Assembly (NCBI RefSeq): GCF_000150275.1
Contig: NW_002060949.1
Location: forward strand, 4,831,006 to 4,895,005
Direction of reading: 5' to 3'
Origin: Trichoplax adhaerens
Lineage: Eukaryota; Animalia; Placozoa
Length of the DNA stretch: 64,000 nucleotides
A program made the translations under genes and the position numbers. Positions 54,557 through 64,000 of the stretch are shown here, in pieces. Every line of letters starts with the position of its first letter. Within the stretch, counting starts at the first letter, position 1. The notes beneath the pieces are model-generated. The model worked only from the letters and a program-made list of their open reading frames with translations, made no database searches and was not told where the DNA came from.

Positions 54557-55190
54557 TGTCACAAAACAGCTTTGCAACAAGATAACGCAATATACGATCA
54601 ATAAGTCAATTCCTTGAACCACGTATCAAGGAACGATATCTGCACTATCACAAACACTTTTGCTCTACTAGCAGACTACACAAAGACTTAAACGCCTCGT
54701 ATTTTACGTTAAACACTAAGTTAGACAATTCTTCTTTATTTCACGATATACTGCATTTATATACTATTCCTCAATAGTTCATGAGTCATAGTTAATACAA
54801 TTAACATTAGAATCATTTACTGAATTAGATATTAATTTTAGCTACTGCTCCCTTAATGCAGACAACAGTATTTACGAACATAGACATGTAATGACTAATA
54901 CAGAATAGTCAGATTACGATATGTCCTACCACGGAACATTTCCATGATAATTTACAGTCTACCATAAGTAAATTACAATCACAATGATTCGAACTGTAAG
55001 CAGATGATTTGCATTCCCTATTATAACTATTATAATTTCAGTATGTGTATAAGTGTCACTGTCATAAAAAGTCAGTGCTATATTAAAATACAGTATATCC
55101 AAATTAGAAGTTAACTAAATAAGGATAGTCTAACAGAATTATCCTAACATAGTTATTTCTACTGTAATACAGTATTTAACACTGTAACAA
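54557..55190 (-). repeat. Long inverted repeat, right copy (~634 bp)
   Basis: Starts tgtcacaaaacagctttgcaacaagataacg and ends ...taacactgtaacaa; reverse complement of 45261-45894. Confidence 0.95.
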
Positions 55191-56264
55191 TTAGCTTGCA
55201 ATCAAAATTATTGACTTTAAATGAAATTTTGAATAGTTTTGATAAAATTGTCCGTCATAATAAATTTGCTATTATCATTTATTGCTAATAAAAAAATAAT
55301 ATTGTCTTTTACAGCTTGAAAATAAAGAATGCCGGTATAATGTAATTGTTATTAGATTTAGATCAGTACGATAATTAAAAAATAATTAAAAATATTATTA
55401 GGATAGGCTAAATGAGTATAAACCTGCTAGATGATACTCTAATAGCGTTAGAAAGGTATATTACGGTTAGGAGACAAATTTTATCCTATCGCTAGGAGAA
55501 GCTTCTGATGCCACATTACAAACTAATATTGATTGCATTCAGGGCTTACAAATCAAGCTATGCCCTGATATTTTTTACCGTACTTATAATAAAGTATTTT
55601 AAATAGTTGTTGAGTTTTGACGATACTATCAGTATTTCCTTGAGAGAGAATAAATTACTTCTGAAATTTCGGTAAATTAGTTCCTAGCATCTGTGCCATA
55701 CTAGGCTGCTCTCACGTTATTGACTCACAAAACATGATTTAATATCAGAATCTACTCTACCTTTAATAATACTGTCGCGTTAAGTACAATGGTAATTCCA
55801 TATCTATTCTAATCTACTATAGGTTATTGTATCTCATGACTACATTCATAAATTATGCTGTATCAATTAGCATTGAATTTTATACCCTTATTTTTTTCTG
55901 TCCTATGGCTATGATGACGATAAATTTATTTTAAATTTAAAATGAAAGAAATAATAACTAGCCATGCTATAATTTTACATCATTATGTTTAACAATATGT
56001 CATCACCATCACTAAATAATAGTACACAATAACATCTTGCGAGAATAAACATGTTTTTACATTTCATTAGACAATTTTTATCAAGTTTTCAGATTAGAAT
56101 TAATTACACGATTAAATTTATTTCTTGATATTCTGTTCACCGAATACGGATAGATGATGAGAAACTTAAGAGCTTATCCTGTTTTCTAGCTATTAATATC
56201 AATCAATTATGGACGAATATCAAACCAGCTGTATAAGTATCTTGACATTTATAGTTACCGTAGC

Positions 56265-56830
56265 CAAACAGAATCAATTTATATTGATCAATTATCAAGT
56301 GTTTGTATCAATAATGAAATAATACCAGGCTATCATTCCAAATTTTAATCGATCCATAATCAATCATGAAACTACTATCCTTTTCTAACATTAATAAGTT
56401 TACAGTAGATTATTTATAATATACTGTAGTTGTTACTGATTACTGTCAAATCGAATCAATCTATGAAGATGATTTATTATGAAGTGATTTGATCGTTAAC
56501 AAAACGATACTGTGCTAAAATTTCAAATTATAGAATTGAATATTAATAAGCGTTTATCATTTAATTATTGCAAAATTTACAGTAAGCTCGATATAGTTAG
56601 TACTTATCTTAACACTAACCAATTGAATCAATATATAATGATCCATCATGAAGTATTTTGATCACTGTTGGAAATAATATCAGGTTATTACTTCAGATTT
56701 TAATTAACCGACTGACGATCAATAGACCATCTTCTAACAATAATAAATTCATAACAGATTTGTATGATTATTGCTTGGTGTAAAACCATTGAATGAATCT
56801 GATCATCATGAAATGTTTTGATCGTCGATG
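56265..56830. repeat. Highly degenerate tandem repeats
   Basis: Recurring gaatcaat...gatc.atcatgaa(g)t..tttgatc motifs and aataa.tt.a.a.cagatt motifs. Confidence 0.45.
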
Positions 56831-58989
56831 AATTTTTCAATGATAGTCATCTCACGGGCCCGTCATCAGGTCTACTCCAACATTTATGAATTCGAAGCTA
56901 GTTTGAATTATTGCAGGCTGTTATTACTAACCTACGTATCGGTTAATATTAACCAATTCATTAAAATTTGGTGTAATAATACCAGACCAATATTTTAGGT
57001 TTTAATCGATACCAGTAGGCAGTAAATATCAAATTCTTAATAATTTTCTAGAGTAAATGAACGTATGATAGAGGTCTTTCAAAGTTTGTAAAATGATTCA
57101 TAGATTTCACCCGGAATAAATTTAAACGGAATTTACTGCTAATATAAACAGATTGATTATAATTTACCGAAACAGCCATATTTATCTATCTAGCCTTGCT
57201 GAATTAATCGTAGGCTACGATCACGGCGATAACTCCAACACGGTTCGTCATATAGCTATTTATAAGTTCGTGACAATTTATGGTGGTAGTACTCGTCAGT
57301 AGCTAGATTTAACTATTAGTAATACACCTTTATCGCATTCGTACGTTGACAAGAGTCAGTCGATTTAGATTGCAATATTATAGGAGTACAAATTTAATAG
57401 CTGCTGTCACCCAATATCTATATATTCTTTTCGTGACAAAGATATATCGGAGATGTTTCTGAGCCTTCTCCTATCTCGAACTACTTATCAAGATTAATTC
57501 TCCGTGACAACTATGAACTTTTTCCTTAATTTCCACGGCATAAATATATACCTCCTTGCGCGTAAACAGTAAAATAACGAACTCTCTATATTGTAAAATG
57601 TAACTCACTTTTATGTCTTCTATTTATATTCTCTAGTAATAGAAATTAATACTAATAAACTACACTGCTGTCATATATTCTTAGACCTAAATTTGTATCA
57701 CTTTATATTCTATTTTAAAGTACGTTAGAAGGCGCATAAAACAGAGAAAGTCATGATCGGAACACGATCTGACCTTTAGGCTCTCTAATAAATTAGGTAT
57801 TTAAATAATTCACTTGCTCTTACTAGAAAATGAACTAGTTTACTATCTATAGCCTAACGATAAGCTATCTGTACAACGATTAATAGAATGTATTTATACT
57901 TAATAGTGGTTTTAACACCGTGACAACTGCAAACTATAAAATTATATTAGTTTTAACATGGCTCCACTATGATCAATAACGAGGTCAAATTATCAGTTAT
58001 TAGAGGCCGTAAAATACATTAGTACTGCATTAACAAGTAAGTAGTTAATTAAAGACAGTGTTTTAATGCAATATCATCACGGGCATTCATAAAATCGATA
58101 CAATAAAATTATGAAGTTGCATGAATGTTATTAGTCTTTGTAAAATATACAACAGCATCAATAGATCGATTTTGAAAATATTTCTATAAGAACATATGTT
58201 AATTAGGGAAATTTTATTAACGACTAGCCTATCCTTAGCAACGTAACCTTGTATTTCTTTAAGATATTTGTCAATAAAAATAGATGTTGTAGTAATTGCT
58301 TTTTTCTATCTACTATGCATGATATCATCAACGAACTTGATGGATTTAGGTAATGTGTTTTAGCTCAGACTAGATAGTCTGTCTTTACACTTTCTAATAG
58401 TCATGAAATAATACTTGTTGTTAATAATTAGTTACTGTATTACTGGATATACACTCATCATGATTCAATTTCAATCAAATAGTGCATTTATAGGATATCA
58501 AATAATTTTATTACTTTATAGCTCAAGCAATCGCAATATGATTACGTTCTTGATATTCGTACTCCTAATTTGCATATACCGTATACCTTCTTTGGATCGC
58601 TATTGTCTTTTCTATCCATATTTTAATTGTTATTGAATTGGAAATACCAAAAGGAAGTAAATCACTTAACATGCTACCATAATTGAAAATTTAGAAACTT
58701 AGATTGTAATTAAATAATCATTTATCTCATTCTATACCTATTGATTTTCATAGATTGTTTGTTCATCACTTTACAATTAGCACTAAGGTAACCGCAATCT
58801 ACTAGTCATCGTATTCTCTAGGCTCTTACTCTTATTGTACGTGTATACCTTATCCTGCGCAGACAAATCGAATTTTTTTCTTAACTATATTTCAATGATA
58901 GTTGAACTAAAATACTATATGGGAAATATGCAGCAAACGCATTGTTAACATATAAAAACTATATAATCATTCTTTTCTGCACCTATCTA

Positions 58990-61215
58990 TACCAATAGAT
59001 TATTTCTTCTGATGATCATGACAGCTTATTATAGATACAGAAACTTTCTTACTTTCATTTAAGTAAATCTATTCTGCTTCAATTTTTATACTTAAATGAA
59101 GAAAGAATTGAGATTATAATGAATTAATGCTGTAAAGAAACAAAATATGTTTTGTTATTGCATAATAATTATCTCATTCCATTTCTATGGATAGCAATAG
59201 ATTATTTCTTTTGATAATCAAGAATTGGCAATAGCTTGTAAGTCGAGAATCTTTCATAAGTTTCATTCAATTCAATTTACTTCAACCCAATTTTCGTACA
59301 TAAAACGTAAATAAAAATTGAAATTGTAATCAACTACTCCATTAGTCTGTAATTATTAATTTAAATCAATTAACGAGTAGATAACTTTTATATTCTATGC
59401 TACTGTTAAAAACAACACGACATAGTAATATATAAGCGATTCATTAGTTGTAAAGCAAGAGATAAGTCATAAAAATCAATTAATATATAAAGGAAAGGAC
59501 AATTTCTTTTTGTATGTATTTAAGAAATCTGCTTATTACGAGTTTTCTAAGAGTCTTTTACTGGTAAATCAAATAAGATACAATATTATCAACCATTTCG
59601 CCCCCTCAAATTTTAAAATGGGTATGATTTGAGAAGTACCCTACGGAATTTACCGAGTTAGACTTTTGATTCTAAGTTAATAATTAAAAAAGTGACAAAC
59701 AGATTTAAAAAATTTTTTAATTATCGCTGTGCAAATTAGATTCAATCGTCATATGAAAATATTATCTGGTGTTTTAACTTGATGAATATTTGACTAGACT
59801 ACCACAAAATCATGAAATAATAATTTCACGTGTTATGCATCTATTATTACTTCCCTTCCCATGAATACCTCATTAATTTGACCAAAGTCTAATTTTTAAA
59901 GATGATATATTATAAGAGATAAGTGAATCAACTAACTGCTAACTTTAAGCATTGACTATATAGTGAGAAAATAAATCCGTCTACTAATAACAATAAAGCA
60001 GAAACTCTTAATATAGACTAAGGTTAAGTTAGCGGCTAATTGTATCCACCACGCAGTTTTTATGCTGGAATAACAGAATAAGTAGATAAAAAATGCTCTG
60101 TATCAAAATCTCACTTTGGACAGAAGGATTTATAGAATTTATGCGCAGCTTTTATCTCCTACTTTCATTTCTTTCCTAATTGCCAATGCACTTGATTTAT
60201 TAGAACAGGAAGCTGATTCTTTTTGGCATTATTTTTAATTTCAAAGAAATAAATTAAAAGTACAACAGTTGCATCTGTTGCATAATGGTCAGCCTCAATT
60301 TAATGACCACTTCTGAAAGAAAGTTGATGTTATCCGTTTTCCGCATCTTTCATTTCTATGTTCTTGATTGAAAGATCAGTATTTTAGAACTCATCTATCT
60401 TTCATGCTATGTCCAATATCATAATCTGGTCTTTTACCCTAGATCATTTTCTATTATTCCAAACTTCTCGTAAAAAAATCACTCGTAATATTATTATCAT
60501 AGCCCTTTTATCTTTTAAAAAACTACCTTCCTATCTTGATTATCTGTTTATTAATTATAATTTAATACCCCTTAAATGTTGATTTCTATTCTGTATTTGA
60601 TTATCTAATAAGTTAACTTCGATCCATCATCAATAGATTTTCATCATGTTATACAATGCTATTATAATATCGAATTGCATTACGTGAAAATATTTTTTCT
60701 ATTGATTTTGACTAATGATGCATTTGTTGCCATTATTTCTTATTTTTCTTTACCATAGATTTCTATTTATCGCATAGTTTCTCCGGTAATAAAGAGGTTG
60801 TCGCGATTATTCCACTGACTCGCCATCAAAATAAAACAGCTTTAAGGGAAATATGCGTACTCTGTATGCATATATATCATAGTGAATACTACCATGATAT
60901 TAAATTGTATCGCCTATCCCTTGCTTTCCATTGTGATAGATTTTCATTTACACATAGATAGTCTCTTCGACCGTGTAAATGTTTTTCATTGATATACAAT
61001 CAGAATAAAACAACTTTGGGGCAATGTATATATTATATATAAATTATACTATCATGATATTGAATTACATTACATGAAAATATTTTCTATTGATTCTGGC
61101 GATTGTTGCCATTATTTTTTATTTTCCTTTGGGATATATTTTCATTTAGCATATAGTTTCTTCGGCTATGAAGATATTGTCCATTGATATACCATCGGAA
61201 TAAACAGCTTTGGGA
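58990..61215. repeat. Clusters of degenerate local duplications (58990-59330; 60630-61215)
   Basis: caatagattatttctt.tgat.atca at 58994 and 59196; gaatt.cattac.tgaaaatatttt.ctattgatt...ttgttgccattattt...catagtttct.cgg...aaacagcttt at ~60672 and ~61062. Confidence 0.65.
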
Positions 61216-62287
61216 GCATAGATTCTAATAACTAATGTATAGATTAAAATTATTCAGATTTGTATATTTTTTATCCCTTCCAATCTAGTCTACAGTCTTA
61301 CAAAGGGTGAAAAATAGTGTCGCGAAATAGTGTACTGGACCATGACAGTATTTGGAGGATTGTTAGAGCTGAAATGTTATTATGAAGCATTATGTCGACA
61401 TACTACAGTAGCTAGACGATTATAAAGTTATATCAGGGTGTTACGGTACGAACTACCGTGAAGAAATAGCTATCTAAATTTGGTTAATATAATATAGTGA
61501 TATTATATTACAACTAGTTATTTACTATAGGAATTACTCTAATTATAAATGTGTTACAGTAAATTTAATGCTGTGCTGTAATGTGCACTGAAATGATTCT
61601 GTGAATGGACATATTGTAGTCCGACTGTGAAAAACTAGTTATCTCACCTAAGTATTTTTATAAGATGATTTGTGAATGTTAGCTGCTGTAGAAGGGTATA
61701 TAAGCCCGTCAGATAGTTGAATAAAGCAGTTCTCAATTGTATAGTTGTTTTAACGTAGAATCAAAGGCGTCTAAATTCTTGTGAGTAGGGATACTGAATC
61801 CCGGAGACTAAAGAAATTTAGAGATTTGTTTTACGTTATCCTTGTCACGAAGCTGGTTTGTGACACAGGGCGAAATTGATCAATTTCCATTCGCATTCGT
61901 TTCATTAAATGACTCAAAATGGAAACTATGTTTATCTAGGTTTTGATTGCTTATTTATATAAACTACATTTTCGCCACATACAGTATTACTTTTTATGCC
62001 TTTTCATGTAGTTTAACGTCTTGTAGATTGATGAACATATCGTTACAATTGCCATATTGTCATGCTACATGACATGATCATATAACTTTGTTCTAAATTT
62101 AAAGTATTTATATACTTGGATATTTTGTTTCTAGCAGTAGAGCATGTAACAATTGCCATGCTAAATGCATTGCTGCAAAAGCCTTGCATTGCTGCAAAAG
62201 CCTTGCATGACTATGCATTACTGTATAATTACAAACTTCTTTTAAATTTTACTTAAAGGAATCAGTATGAACTTGACCAGCCAATAC

Positions 62288-62438
62288 CGGTAATGGCTGC
62301 ATTATCGGCTTTAGCAGTAACATACACACATTAAATATACCCATTTCAAATTGTTTTAATCGAGGCATTAATTGGAGCTGAAACAAAAAGTTGTATTAGA
62401 TCAATTATGATCTACTGTCCAATACATTGGAGTATATC
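62288..62438 (-). pseudogene. Possible degraded ankyrin-repeat exon
   Basis: After an acceptor (ttacag|) the sequence reads GYTPMYWTVDHN, frameshifts to IDLIQLFVSAPINASIKTI*NGYI*CVYVTAKADNAAIT, then reaches a GT donor. The spacing fits the 33-aa ANK consensus, but there are stops and a frameshift. Confidence 0.3.
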
Positions 62439-64000
62439 CTGTAATCATGCTACATAAAATGAAAATTAATTTGCTTGAGTAGAAAAGAAAGACTAAAATA
62501 GGCCTATTTCGAGATATAATCGAATGCATTTCGATCATATCATACCATTCCGTTATTTAATTGTCTAAAATTGAAATTATCTTTTACGGTAATTTTAATT
62601 ACAAATGCATTAGTTGTAATCACTCCAAGATTTTTTATTTGGAGGAAAGAGGTATTTATTTTGATTTAACTTATAGTCTTTCGAAAAGCCAAGACAATGT
62701 TAGGATTAGTATCACGCTCTAAATCACGATTTACCATTTAATTGAATAATGTACTTTTATATATTGCAGTATATTAATCGTTTTCAATCATTTTGATCTG
62801 TACCATCGTTAGAGCTGGATTTTTATGTAATGGTCCGATTGAATAAAAGGTTGATAACTGAAAGATAATAAATTATGTAATACAGGAAGTGATTATCCTT
62901 TCGATAATTAAAGATAAATTGTAATAATTATCGAATTGGAAAGGAAGCAGGTCAAGAAACATGTGATGACCTTAGATAATTCATAAAATTCTATCCTATT
63001 GAAGATAATTCCGGTATTGATGAGGCCGATTGAAATGATTTTTCCGTATTGATAAGGAATCATTAATTAATGCAGTTAAAAGAACAATATCAATTAATTA
63101 AATCATCGAATTCATCAAATAGTCATGAATACAAATAACGAGAGTACGTGAAAAATAAAATATATTCAAGAATAGTTATTGTCAATATCAATTATTCATA
63201 TTATTGTCGGGAAAATTAAAATTTGCGTAGATAACATACGAATAACAATTTGTCCTTATATTGATTTAATATTGTATCTTGGTCAAAAGAATTATTGATT
63301 GATCAACTTGGCTAACTGTTGTCAATTTGTTTTATTTTGTACTATATTGTGATGTTTGATTCTCATTATTCTTGAAGGAAAGCAAAAGAGGAAAAGAAAA
63401 ACTAATTCAAAAATTTTCAACCACCTCCATCTTCAATATCGATCTTATTTTCTTCGAAACAAATATCAACGATCGACGACATATTTTGTCCATGATATAT
63501 CCAATAGGTCTTAAAAAGTACCCCAAATTCAATTCAATTTAAGCTATTACTTTTAGGCTATATACTTATCGAACTCCTCTATCCATTTCATCTCACCCAT
63601 CACTGTTGCTAAAATTAAGTTGAGCTAACATACTTCTCGATTAGGACTTTCATCTTTATTTCACAATTAGATCCCATATTACGATAGTAACTATCTTCAT
63701 TAGCTAAAGTTAAGGTTGTTACGGATCAGAAGCACTTTATTAAGTTATACGGGTTCTTTTTATAATTCGTCAACACTATTCAAGGCATTAATAGAGCCTT
63801 ATCAAAACATCCCGCATTCTATCTTCAAAAGTAGATTAAAAATAGATAATTAGCGATCAAACCATAATTTATCACTACCAAGACGTGTCTTAACCTGATA
63901 AATTATCAGGCAAGGATCATTAGCTCTTTTTCCTTTATAGAAATATTCCTTCTTCACATTTTTTACGCTATCCAAGTCTAAAGCCTAACTGAATTGAAAT

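Noticed and set aside
45251-55200. Autonomous transposon with long TIRs
   Set aside because: No transposase ORF inside and no clear TSD; kept only as an alternative explanation for the inverted repeats.
60141-60240. Signal-peptide-like MRSFYLLLSFLS short ORF
   Set aside because: Stops after 12 codons; continuing it requires an unsupported frameshift.
62167-62208. 19-bp tandem duplication tgcattgctgcaaaagcct; also homopolymers at ~8567 (C) and ~31150 (T)
   Set aside because: Ordinary slippage products with no supporting context.

Overview
AT-rich (~30% GC), intron-containing eukaryotic genomic DNA with one N-gap (3616-4187). It resembles a compact early-branching animal genome, probably a placozoan such as Trichoplax; this is an inference from composition, short GT-AG introns and gene content. 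Reading exons by hand gives eight apparently intact genes: a secreted trypsin zymogen (+), a GAS2-family CH+GAR protein (+), two PGAM5 paralogues (one canonical mitochondrial type; one with a signal-peptide-like N-terminus and a missing phosphate-pocket Arg), and four 16-exon SVOP/SV2-related MFS transporter paralogues (three on -, one on +). The single + strand SVOP copy sits inside a ~9.9 kb segment bounded by ~634 bp near-identical inverted repeats, which suggests a recent inversion or an invertible cassette. Also present are a TIR/TSD-bearing MITE, a 24-bp minisatellite and many local tandem duplications. The last ~9 kb is gene-poor and holds a possible ankyrin-repeat relic. There are no prokaryotic features such as CRISPR arrays or operons.
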